This document shows, piece after piece, positions 13,455 through 29,665 of a stretch of DNA of 64,000 nt. The position numbers and the translations under genes were made by a program. Within the stretch, counting starts at the first letter, position 1, and each line of letters starts with the position of its first letter. The stretch is from Takakia lepidozioides (Eukaryota; Plantae; Bryophyta). The DNA is taken from NCBI GenBank assembly GCA_030704615.1, contig CM060732.1:24118001-24182000 (forward strand). Reading direction: 5' to 3'. Under the pieces are notes generated by a model. The model was given only the letters and a program-made list of their open reading frames with translations, was not told the origin of the DNA and ran no database searches.

Positions 13455-14527
13455 ACGCAGACAGTGAATTAAGACCATTTGTTACCAAAAAAAAACAACG
13501 AAACACTTATACAACTATTAGTTAATTTGCAATAGAAGTGTCTTCAAAGACCATGAAGCCAAAATAGTTTGACAAGCGTCAATACGACTAGGGTATCTTT
13601 TGCAAAATGTACGAGTTGAGGGCGTACGTTTCTAATCGTCAAGTTCGGACATTTAAAGGTCCGTTGTTATGCAGTCAGGCAACAGCCTCAATGTATGATT
13701 GCCATAATTTCTTTTTTTAATTTTTTTATATTCATCTCGTGACTATGCACGCTAACTTAAGTTCATTTTTGTAGAGGGAATGAGTTATCAGGTGCAATTA
13801 ATGCGGAAAGGCCGCAGTAGTAAAACCACGATTTTCTGGTAGTGCAAAATCCCCTGGGGGTCATGTGGGTTGTCAATCAAAATAATTTTCATAATGGAGT
13901 ATAAGAAACTGAAGTCTCACTTAGAAAGAAAAAAAAGAAAAAGAAGGGTAGGAGGTTGAATACAAAGAGCATTTCAAGTTCCAGAACGTCTGAAAATGAA
14001 AAACACACTCGATTCTCACTTGAGCACAGGGAGATCAAACTTTACATTTGATTCGACTTCTTCGATCCTCCGGAGCTGATCTGCGAGCTAAGCAGATCAG
14101 CAGTGTGGGTCAAAGGAAACAAACACAGATTGTTTATGCCTCAGCATGCAGCTCTTCAACTAGCTTCCACCTATCTGCAAAACTAAACTACCTAGTTGTA
14201 CATGTGAGATCTCTGAGTGAGAAGCATGTATCTGCTTTAAACTAGGATGATCTATCTCCTTCGAATTAAAGAGAAGGGTTCTTCCACAGCACTTGTCTTC
14301 CAAAAGGCTGGACTCCTTTTGCGTAGATTGCATAATCTAGATGCTACATGGTCACTATGGATAAGCCATGAGTTGCTGAGAGAGAAACAGATTCGACTGT
14401 TAAATGTCTGTACACGTTTTTATACACGAAAAATGTACCAACTTAGACATGCTTCAGGAGTGCCTTGCATGTAATTCTGGGGCCTCAAAGTTCTTGCAGT
14501 GCCCACTCCCTTTTTGATGCAGCTTGA

Positions 14528-16180
14528 CTACGCATCCTCCGCGAATCGCTCATCCTCTCTTGACTCCACGGACCTGGATTTCCACACCAAGGGTTTCACG
14601 GTGGAAGTCCTGATCATCTTTCCTTGTTCGGGAGATCTGGTGAACAGAAACTCTTCACAGAGCGCTGAGATGTCTTGTGCCTTGGGAGACAAGCTCTTTG
14701 GCAAGGAGAGGTATTCATTGTCTTCAGGCACCATCCTCCTTGGCTCTAGTCGCCTCCTGGATTGTTTGGAAAACCGCCCGTGGGCAATGTAGCTTCTTCC
14801 CCAGGTGGTGTTAGCTGGCGTAGTGGGATATCGTCCAAGTTCTGATTCGCTGGTATTGACCTCTGGCAATTTGTGGCACGGCTTTTGAGGATTTCTCTTA
14901 TTACCCTCAGCAGTGAAAGGTTCATACTGTAAACTGATATTCACTGCTTTGGTCTCCATCGAGTCCGCTGGGATTGTGTGCAGGACGACACTGATGTCTT
15001 TAAGATCCTCTAGAGAGTTTTCGAACGTAATGGAAATTTTGTTCGTTCCTGTCAGACGATTAGCTTGGTAACCATGCACGTCATTGACCGCAACATCCTC
15101 CACACGTTTCTCGTCAGTTACGTCTGCATTCACACTCATTTTGTTTACGCTTACGCCTCTGCTTCCATTATTTACATCTTCATAGCACCTTCCAACAATG
15201 CTTGATGCATTGTCCTCCTCAACACGTCTATCTCCTAATCCAGCAACCTTGAGATTATTCAGAATTCCTCTAGGAAGCTCTGCCATACGTTCCTCTGCAA
15301 GCGTTCCTGACGGTACGTCTACCTTACCATTTCTTACCCCAACATTTGCTGCCTCACGGCGCACATCAGAAATATTGTCCTCGATGGCAGTCTCAGCCTT
15401 TGCCCTACCAGAGCTCAGGACCGATCCGGCAGTCTTCAACTGATGTACAACCTCTACAGGAACGATGACTGTCTTAGCACATAAAACGTCCCTCTTCACA
15501 GCCACAAGCTCTGTTTTCCCAGCACCTGTCTCCATAACGAGCAGGCGTTCACAGGAATGCAGGGGGGGCAGATCAGAGCGATTAATGTTAGTGCCGATCT
15601 CATCGCCAATGGCCCTTTCCTGCCTTTCTACAAGTAGCCCATTTTGACTCTTGAAAGAGCCATTTAAAGTTTTTTTCTCGACAACAGTCGCTCCAAGCTC
15701 TTCTTCTTTCACCAAGATTGGCTGTGAGCCCCAGCAAGGTGACGCTTCGTACTCCTTTATCCACTCTGACCATCTATCAGACACATTCTCAGGGGCGTGT
15801 ACACATCTCTCTCTCGCATTCCGATCTATCCTTTCCTCCGCTCTCTCGTGTAAATTTTTCTCGCTCTGGGTTCTGTCATACCATGATCCATGGACAACCC
15901 CCTGAAAATCAAACTGCCCATCCCTTTCTGCTGTGACACCCGTGACCCATTCGTCCAGCCCTTTCTCTCGCTCAGACTGCCCATCTCTTTTCGCTCTTAT
16001 CTTTTCCATGTGAGGTCCAGCACTTGCGAATGCGGCTACACAGAGGGCTGTCGACATTAAAAGGGGAGCAAAGTACACGACGAGGGGATAGAAGGCAGGC
16101 GTAAATATCAGGACCAGAATTCCTGTGAGGAGAGGGTTGTTCCAAACTCCTGATACAACCTCCAAAACATCCCTCCCCAT
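14528..16180 (-). CDS. Uncharacterised 550-aa protein with N-terminal hydrophobic/TM segment and long charged, probably disordered region
   Basis: Long uninterrupted ORF. N-terminus LLTGILVLIFTPAFYPLVVYFAPLLMSTALCVAAF. No TE motifs. 3' splicing cannot be excluded. Confidence 0.7.
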   Translation of the reverse strand: MGRDVLEVVSGVWNNPLLTGILVLIFTPAFYPLVVYFAPLLMSTALCVAAFASAGPHMEKIRAKRDGQSEREKGLDEWVTGVTAERDGQFDFQGVVHGSWYDRTQSEKNLHERAEERIDRNARERCVHAPENVSDRWSEWIKEYEASPCWGSQPILVKEEELGATVVEKKTLNGSFKSQNGLLVERQERAIGDEIGTNINRSDLPPLHSCERLLVMETGAGKTELVAVKRDVLCAKTVIVPVEVVHQLKTAGSVLSSGRAKAETAIEDNISDVRREAANVGVRNGKVDVPSGTLAEERMAELPRGILNNLKVAGLGDRRVEEDNASSIVGRCYEDVNNGSRGVSVNKMSVNADVTDEKRVEDVAVNDVHGYQANRLTGTNKISITFENSLEDLKDISVVLHTIPADSMETKAVNISLQYEPFTAEGNKRNPQKPCHKLPEVNTSESELGRYPTTPANTTWGRSYIAHGRFSKQSRRRLEPRRMVPEDNEYLSLPKSLSPKAQDISALCEEFLFTRSPEQGKMIRTSTVKPLVWKSRSVESREDERFAEDA

Positions 16181-17292
16181 CTTCTCTCAAAACTTCGAGC
16201 CTTTCTACATGCACACCTCCGCACTATTGCCTCTCTATGTTTGCGTTGCTTTCCCTTGCTAGACAAATGCATGCAGCTGCAAGCCTATCGTCCTTTGTTT
16301 ATCGACCTGCATGGGTCTGTCGACAAGCGTCATTAGCAGCCCAGCCGCCCCGGAACTGCTTCGGAACTGGTAGAGTACCGTTTGTTTATCAGAAACACCA
16401 AGCCTCGATGTGGCACTCTGTCGACAGGTTCAGTCTTCTGTGGATCAGACCCAGTTGCGAGAAAGATGCTTGGCACCTGTTCCTGATAGGGAGAACCCAA
16501 TGGGCGATGGATCTGCAGCTTGCATCATCTCTCCGGCGATTTGCTGACCGACCCAATTTCCCCCATTCGTCACAGAAGTGGAGAGAGGCAGTTAGAACTG
16601 GCGTGCAGTTAGCCTACCGTCCGGCCCACTTCTCTTTGCAACCTTACATACAAACCGTCGGGTAGTTGGTGGAAAAGAGCTTCCCAACTCAGGACCGCTG
16701 CATCGGAACGTACTCAACAGCATTGCATGATCTTGTGCTCTAGTATGCGCCAGGTAGATGGTGCCCATGAATGCCATGTCACATATTTGCATCAGATGAT
16801 ATAGTGATTGTTCTCTGTGATATAGCACACTTGAACTGGCATTGTCGAGGGCGCGATGTTAAAGCTGCCTTCAAGCAATCCTTCCTTTGAGGGTTTATGA
16901 AAGCCTTTAAAGCCATGGGCAAACAAGCATCCAACCTCCTGCAGCAAATGGAACTTGCATCCATGGCATGATTAGACAGAACGACCAGGCTTGTTTGGAA
17001 ACTCACCACATTCTTTATTGAGGGGCATCTAATCTTCCTCTGGAAAGTAACAAAACTTTGAACAGAAAAACCAACTACTCTCCACTTCTCTGTTTGGCTG
17101 AAGAGGGTGTGTATGAACCTCTATAAATAGAAAATACCTTCCAATTTTTATCAACATGCTCAACCTCCATCAGAATGTTTGATGGTTTTGTTTAGACTAA
17201 ACAATAATCAAAAGAAGTTGGAACCAACTCACAACTTACATAGCAACACCCTGCTCTTTTCTGAAAATCCCGAACTGTCTATCTACAAAAAT

Positions 17293-19188
17293 CTATGTTG
17301 TGGAGAGCAAGTGGTCATGCAACCAATGCCGCATCACTGTGAAGGCATCTTCTGCATCCTCATCATCCTCAACACTTTCAGGGCGGTGAACAAAACCATG
17401 GCCCCGCCCTGAATACACACGGGCCTGTGAACCTTTCACTTCTTTTTCCACCTCATGGACAACATTGACTGGTGATAGTGGATCACTGTCCCCTGTTATT
17501 AGAAGTACTGGAACTTTAATCTGTGCAGCCACAGCAGGGTCATATCTGGTGCCATAGAATGATACTGCTGTGGCATACCTACCCTCCGTATCCCTGGCCA
17601 AAGCTTCAATAAGGCGGCCCCCTCCATAACAAAACCCCACCATGCCAAGCACCTTGGGTGCAGGGATGACTCCACTGATCGCTTCTGCTAACCACCCTGC
17701 TGACGTGTCAATGTCTTGAGCAACTCTGTCTAGGGGATGCAGTTCACGCCAGTGATCATATTCCTCCTCTGGTCTCTGCTTGCCCCACGGCTTTCCTCGA
17801 AATAGGTCTGGCACTAGTACACTGTTGGCATAAAACAAGCTTCATCACCTATTCCGAGTTCAAACATCTCTCCAGATTTGACCCAAATTTACTGATAAAA
17901 AAAGGGGGAAGTTGACTGGCAACCTAGAAGAGGAATGGATCCCAAGTTGTCCCATCTTATACCTAGCTCGTAGCTGATTTCTAGCTGTATTGCAGCTGGG
18001 AAGCTCACATCACCACCCATGACAAGGTCCAGAGAGAATTCGATTATCCAAGTTTTCACTTGGCAGTGAAACAATCTGACTCTGCAAGTCCTTAGACCGT
18101 CGTAGACCCAGTATAGCAGAGCAGATCTATACATAGAGATAGTCTCCAAGCCGAAGAAAACAGAGATTACTGTTCCCCTACATTTGATCAAGGTCAGCCA
18201 GATCACCCACTAAGGAGCAGAACTACCTCAAATTTTGAAAAAGGATAAAGGAAAGGTGAACTCACTTATAACCAAAACATGCAAGACGAAATACAAAGTC
18301 CCGGGTGGCATCATCTTGGTAGCCGAAAACATCAGTCAACAACAGTATTCCAGCACCATTGTTATTTTTCAATGCCTGAGTAAAGTAGCCATTGAAAGTG
18401 TCGGGTCCCCCTCCCAACTCCACCTCAGCTCCATTCACCAGCTCACACACCTCATCATCTGCTGAGCCTTGCTCTAGCACCCCTTCTGTGGCTTGCTCCG
18501 TTTGGGCCCTTGCATATAACGTCTGTTTTACTGGCCGCCCTCCTTGTTGGACTGTCTTCTTGCACACACTGCAAGTCTCAATGAGGAACTACAGCTCAAC
18601 AAATTCTCATCAAACGACAAAGCAAAACTCTATCGTTAGAAGTTCTATAAATTTTGTGATAAACTTTTGTTTGAGACATTGCTTCAACCTTCCTGATGCC
18701 AGTTTCTCTGCGCCTACTTCAAATTGGAGCTGTAATTCAAAGATCTTAATCTCATCGAGTTTAATCGCTTCACCCGCCCTGTCGCTCAGATTTGACTCCC
18801 TTTGATAAACTTTTCTGAGGGGATAGTCCAGCGGCAGGTACGCAGGCACCCCCGTCGTTTCTAACCAAGTCGGGTTCAGACCAATCATTTAGATCCCTCT
18901 TGCGGTTGTACTAACAAGCAGATGGACGCTAGCTTTTCCTTCTTCTTCTTCTGCTTCTCCCTACTAATCGACTCCGCCTCAAATCAAGGCCTCAAGAGTA
19001 CAGAGAATGAGCTCACCAGCATAAGCAGAATGCGACGATGCAAAGCAAGATTGCAACCGGCTATGGAAGAAGGAGGTTCCCCTGCAGTGAGCCGAACCCA
19101 GCTCCATGTGCAACTGAGAAGCGCATTGTATGCCGGGCATCAACACGGGACCCCGAAGAAACGAGAGAGGCACCAGCGAAGCTCCCAT
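17293..19188 (-). CDS. Dienelactone hydrolase family (carboxymethylenebutenolidase-like) protein, probable plastid transit peptide
   Basis: Exons ~19188-19017, 18568-18266 and 17821-17293. A small extra exon (~18690-18715) or a different splice site is needed to fix the phase. Motifs GILLLTDVFG, GYNVLVPDLF, GFCYGGG (Cys nucleophile), GDSDP, GHGFVHR. Confidence 0.88.
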
Positions 19189-20040
19189 GTCTGCTGCCTT
19201 CTGCCTCTCCTTTCCTTCCTCCCTTGGCAAGCTAACCCGCAGGAAATAAATACATTGTTACTGGCAGTCAAAAGTAAAATGGGATGAATATAAAATATCG
19301 GGATAACTCCAGCATCATACGATCTAACGGCTCTTCCTGCGACAGGAGATTATTTAACGGTTCGGATTACTGGAACCGGATAAGGGCCTGCTCGTAGCTG
19401 TGTGACGTGGCAGCTACTACGGGTATGGATGGATTATGAAAGAAAGGATGACAACCATCCACCCAACGTGGATGAAGAAGTTGACTTTGCCAAGAACTCA
19501 ATAAGTTACCCTAATAAGCATAGGGTTAATCACTTAACCCTACAGTTAGGAATTTCGACGGAGACTTGGAGTCACCAATGTTTTCGTCGAAAGGCCAGCG
19601 TTTTCGTCCACAGCCTGTGCCCCCTCATCTCCTAACGGTCAATGTTGGTGTTACCGCTGTGCAGGTAATTCTTCATGCTACTTAGAAGTTGCGAAACGCA
19701 AATGAGGAGCCGCAACGGCTTGAGAAGCAGGCATGTATCTCGCTGTGGATCGGTTGCAATCTTGAAGAATGTGATCGGCCAACTGCAGGATGCAGGAGAG
19801 AGATGGTGCGAAATTGACAACAGATGGATGGTGCACCTGGGTTTTGAGGCTGGATGTTTGCGTGTGAGGTTGGTGATGCGGAGGGAGGAAAGATAGAGCA
19901 GTTGAGCGGTTGGAGGAATGGGGATGAGGAGGGAGAGTCCCAAGAAGAAGGCACGACAGGGGAGGAACAGAATTAAGTATGAGGGAGTGTGTGGAGGGGC
20001 AGCGAGTTCATGTAGTGATGAGAGGAAGGAGGTGACGGCC

Positions 20041-21147
20041 ATGGATGCAGGAGTTTGGGGTGGGCTGCCAGAAGACCTGACGGACAGGGTGCTTGCGTGG
20101 TTGCCTCTTCCCTTTCTGTTTCAGGCTCGCACTGTGTGTAAGCGATGGAACTCCACCATCTTTTCTCCCATATTTCTTGAGATGTACTCTGAGATTCTGT
20201 GCAGGAGCTCGTATTTCTTGTTGTTCCCTTCGATTGGGGACCATTTGGTGTGCTCTGCGTACAGCCCTGGATCCATGAAGTGGCAAAGCATGCCACCTCT
20301 CTCTTTTCTTCCCTCACAAGTGAAATTTGTGGAAGGAGCTGCGGGAGGGCTCTTGTTCTTCAGTGTTGGAGTGCAGCTGGAGCCCGTGAAGCTATTCGTG
20401 TGCAACCCTTTAACAAAAAGATGGAGAGAGTTGCCAGACATGGTACACAAGCGCACACCTATTGTGCGGCACATGGTGGTTGACGAGACTACCAAGGCCT
20501 ACCACATCATTGTGGCTGGAAATGCCGAGTTCGTTTCTAACCGAGGCCAGTACAATCGATTTTTGAACACAGAGGTGTATGATTCGGTGTCCAATTTGTG
20601 GACGGAAACAGGCAGTCTTCCAGCTAGATTCGATCCCAACTGGAGCAGCGCGTACTGCAACGGAGTTTTGTACTGCGTGGTGAACGAAGCAGACACCATA
20701 AATCGACGACTGGGAGTTATCACTTACGACTTGAAAGGAGGGCTTTGGACTGATGCCCTCGAGGAACTTCCCGCAGGTTTCTCGCTCGCCCAGGTGGTGG
20801 AGTGTGGAGGACACGTCATGATGGTGGCCGAGCGCTACAAGAATGGGAATGTCAAAAGCATCCACGTCCTCAAGCTTGAGCTTGCAACCAGAGAGTGGAC
20901 CGAGTTGTCCAAGCTGCCCCGCAAGATGCTCATGGAGTTTAGGAAAATCTGTGACGAGGAGAGCTACAGCTGCGTTGCTCACCAACACGAGGTGTACTTG
21001 ACCAGCTTCCGAGGTCTGCAGGTCCTGGTGTATGATGTGCCGCATGAGTCTTGGGGATGGTTGCCAAAGTGCCCCTTCTTCAACGCTCAGCTCGACCATC
21101 GGGCTGTGGGCTTTCCATTTGCACCCAACCTGCAGGTTTCTGTGTGA
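20041..21147 (+). CDS. F-box/kelch-repeat protein (intronless; upstream in-frame ATG at 19918 possible)
   Basis: F-box WGGLPEDLTDRVLAWLP....RTVCKRW; kelch-like AAGGLL, VCNPLTKRWRELP, TEVYDS...W, YCNGVLY. Confidence 0.92.
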   Translation: MDAGVWGGLPEDLTDRVLAWLPLPFLFQARTVCKRWNSTIFSPIFLEMYSEILCRSSYFLLFPSIGDHLVCSAYSPGSMKWQSMPPLSFLPSQVKFVEGAAGGLLFFSVGVQLEPVKLFVCNPLTKRWRELPDMVHKRTPIVRHMVVDETTKAYHIIVAGNAEFVSNRGQYNRFLNTEVYDSVSNLWTETGSLPARFDPNWSSAYCNGVLYCVVNEADTINRRLGVITYDLKGGLWTDALEELPAGFSLAQVVECGGHVMMVAERYKNGNVKSIHVLKLELATREWTELSKLPRKMLMEFRKICDEESYSCVAHQHEVYLTSFRGLQVLVYDVPHESWGWLPKCPFFNAQLDHRAVGFPFAPNLQVSV

Positions 21148-22090
21148 TCTGTCTCCTGCCTCTGCTGTCTGTCTCTCTGCAATCGGACAAGAAAGACTGT
21201 CTCTATCTCCCTGAGTTGGAGTGCCTGGCCATCACCAGAGTCTTGTGGTGATGCAACTCCTCTCAACACCTGGTCCACACTTGAACTCGGGACAAAAATC
21301 TGTCAAGACATTCAACTCTCCTTTAAGAAAGTTTCCAGATGCGCAATGGTGAAATGGTGATAGTGTACATTCCAGCTAACAGCATCTTCAAAAACAGACT
21401 CCACATGCAGGAAGTGAAGCAGCAGTCTGCCATACAATCCAACATGAAAGAGTGATTGGACAGACATGATTGGTGTGGACTCTTGCAAATCTTGCATAGA
21501 TCTTTGCTCAGCTAGTGTCAAGTAGAATAGGTGCTAAGCACCTGCATCATCACTAAGAGCCTCCTCCAATCATCCAGAAAGGCAACATTGGAGAATCACA
21601 TTAATAAAATACAGGTCCAACTACAAGTGGGACCAAGCATAACTGCAAGCAATACCCTCAATCCACATACAGAGAGCTTCAGAGTTACAATCTTTGCCAA
21701 CTAAGCATGAAATTGTGCCACTCAGATTGTGATCATCCATCATTTGTCAAATGCAATTGCCCGACGTGAAGGTCATCGTACAACAGCACGGCAGATTCCA
21801 CTCATATAGTGCCATAGACAGTTCAACAAGAGGCTAAGCATAGAAGAGTGTTGAAAGGTCAAGCAAAGAATACATAATTGCTGTTTCTCTCCAAAAAATC
21901 TCACATGAATATAATCTCTCATGATTTAAGATTTAACTGCAGAAGAGATTTCTTGGCCCATGCCAACTATGCAGCACCTCCAAATTTGAGTCAAAACATG
22001 GGAACATATGGTTTATCCAACAGTAGTGCAACCCTTGAACACAATGAGTTTAATGTACTGGAAAGAACGCTAACTAAGAAAATAGCCAGA

Positions 22091-26915
<4,825 letters not shown>

Positions 26916-27689
26916 TGCTCAGAGCCTAGCGTACCAGCGCTTTAATAAAGCCTCGCACAGACAAAAATCCAAACCCCGCTTCACCGGCAACCAGCCTTAA
27001 CACTTACAAGAGGGGTGAAATAAAAAGTGCAAAACAGGGGCAAGGAACAGGACGGGCTCCGGATGCAAGAAGCAGGCAAGCCGGCAAGCTCGCAAGAAAA
27101 CGGATTCAATACCCCCGTCCACAAGCAAAACAGAGCATAGCACGTTAGGACACGGAACACCGCCCTGCAACCGCAGCCGGGAGTGTGGTGCAGCGATGGC
27201 CGAACCCTAACGTACCCCCTCCCCGCGCGAGACAGACCAAGATAAGAAAAGTGAAGACGAGACACACTAGGTCTTCTCAACGGCGGATGCTTTCATGTGC
27301 ATACCCTCTACGGATCCTGCTCGTCAATCTCTGCTATCTGTGGACGACGTAAGGGCCATTAGAACTGGAAAGATCTGACGGCCCAAACAATTTCCTCTTT
27401 TGTTGCGCCCTAAGAGACTAAATCCAAGTTTTATTTCAACACCTCGTAAAAGCATAGGCCTCATTCACCCTCTCTAGCCCCTTCTCTGCCATCATGGAGT
27501 TGCTTTGAATAAACCTAGTTCCTTCAAATCTCCCGGTCTGGATGGCATTTCTTACGATTTATTTTTACCCTTAATAATGACATGGCAACCACAGTGTAAA
27601 ACAGACGTGGCCAATTATTAAAATTTATTAATTTATTTAAAAACATACGTCTACCCAAAAATACGGACACTTAAAAGTTATTATTTTTA

Positions 27690-29285
27690 AATCAAACGAT
27701 CACCCATATTGACGGTCGTTTGTAATTTAATATTTTAATAGATTAGGCGACGGCCTATATTGGCAGTTGCCGGTAATTTATGAAGTTTTAAATGGAACGA
27801 CCGCCCATATTGGCGGTCGCTTGCAATTTATTATATTTTAAATTAAGCGACGGCCTATATTGGCGGTCGGTTGAAAAATTATTAGTTTTAAAAATTAAGC
27901 GACCGCCCAGATTGGCAGTCGCTCGCAGTTTAAAAAATATTTTAAAAATTACAACAACCGCCATTCGCCGGCCATCGCATATTTTTATTTTTATTCTAAA
28001 ATGAAGCGACCGCCAAACCGTCGCTGCTTTTAAAAAAAAAATTAAATGCAGTGACCGTCAAATGGCGATCGCTCGTTTTGTTTTTTTTAATTTAGCGGCA
28101 GTGGCTCTTTTTTTAAGAAATTTAAATGAAGCGACTGCAACTACGGCAGTCGCTCTCTTTTCAAAAAAATATATGAATCGACCGCCAATATGGTGGTTGC
28201 ACTTTTTTGTTTTTTAAAATATAATGAAGCGACCGCCAATACGGCGGTCGCTCTTTTCTTCTTTTTTTCAAAACTGAAGCGACCGCCACTACGGTGGTCG
28301 CTCATTATCGTTTATTTATTTTAAAATGAAGCGACCGCCACATGGAGGTCGCTCTTTTTCGCTTTTTAAAAAATTGAAGGGTCCGCCAGTACGACGGTCA
28401 CTCAATTTTTTTTAAATAAAAATAATTAAATTTTAAAATAAGCTTTTTTTTCTTTCTTAAATGAAGCGACCGCCATACAGTGGTCGCTCTTCTTCGCTTT
28501 TTAAGAAAGTGAAACGACCGCCAATACAGCGGTCGATACTTTATTTTATTTTTAAATTTAAAAAATAATAATAAAATAATTTTTTTATTTCCCACAAAAA
28601 TGAAGCGACCGCCCGATGGCGGTCGCTCTTTTCCGCTTTTAAAAGAACTGAAGCGACCGCCAATACGGTGGTCGCTCCTATAAGTTTAGTTTTTTTTTAA
28701 ATAAATTTTTAATATTTTAAAAAATGAAGTGTTTTTAAAGAAAAAAATGAAGCGACCGCCCTATGGCAGTTACTCTTTTCGATTTTTTAAAAACTGAAGC
28801 GACCGCCATTACGGCGGTCGCTCATTTTTTTTAAATTTAAAATAAATTTAATTAATTAACTTAACTTAACTTAACTTAAATAATAATAATAAAACGTGAA
28901 GCGACCGCCAATTCGGCGGTCGTTCGTTTACGTTTTTTTTTTCAATTTCCTTAAAAACAATTTAAAAAAATGAAGCGACCACCCTATGGCTGTCTCTTTT
29001 TTCGTTTTTTTTTTAAATAAAGCAACCGCCACTACGGCGGTCGCTCTGTTAAGTTTTTCTTAAAAGTAAAGCGATCATCCTATGGCGGTCGTTCTTTTTT
29101 GTTTTTTTAAAATGAAGCGACCGTCAATACGGCGGTCGCTCTTTTAGGTGCTTGTTTTAAATGAAACGACCACCATATGGTGGTCTCTTTTTGGTATTTA
29201 TAAAAGATGATGCGACCGCCCAATAGTGATCGCTCTTTTTTGTTTTTTTCTTTAAATGAAACGACCGCCTATACGACAACGACAC
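27690..29285. repeat. Array of palindromic GCGACCGCC-N4-6-GGCGGTCGC motifs with AT-rich spacers (left subterminal-like array)
   Basis: Many copies, e.g. tgaagcgaccgccaatacggcggtcgctc at ~28224 and gcgaccgccattacggcggtcgc at ~28799. Confidence 0.92.
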
Positions 29286-29289
29286 GATA

Positions 29290-29665
29290 GTTCCGAAAAT
29301 TTTGTTACTTATAAACATGAAGCGGCTTCCGGTACGTGATGCTCCAACCTCCTGGAACATCTCACACGTGTAGTCGTCTACCTTCCTAAGTCTTGGCGAC
29401 CACTGCCTCCACCAAGCGGTTGATGGAGTCTTCGGAAAGCTCCGTGGTCGCCGTTGTCATGTTCAACTGTCGAGGTTTCGGACATTGTTTGGCCATGTGC
29501 CTAGTCTCCTCGCAATTAAAGTACACCCCATCAAAGCTCGTCTTCTGCCGGCCGTGTGCCATCGCATCTATTTTTCTTTTTGGAGCACTGGGTCCCGCCT
29601 TGGCGTGTGAAGGCCCTCCCTTCGATCTCCAATTGTCATTATCACCGTGTGGCTTATCCCAACAG
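29290..29665 (-). mobile_element. Retroelement gag fragment with degenerate CCHC zinc knuckle
   Basis: Minus strand ~29470-29530 reads GVYFNCEETRHMAKQCPKPR. Confidence 0.55.

Noticed and set aside
16200-16330. RY (CATGCA) elements upstream of the 550-aa gene
   Set aside because: Short motifs expected by chance; no independent support.
20410-21099. 229-aa antisense ORF
   Set aside because: Shadow of the F-box/kelch coding strand with no motifs of its own.
27690-29285. CRISPR-like appearance of palindromic repeats with spacers
   Set aside because: The repeats are degenerate, the spacers are low-complexity A/T tracts of variable length, there are no cas genes, and the context is an intron-containing eukaryotic genome.
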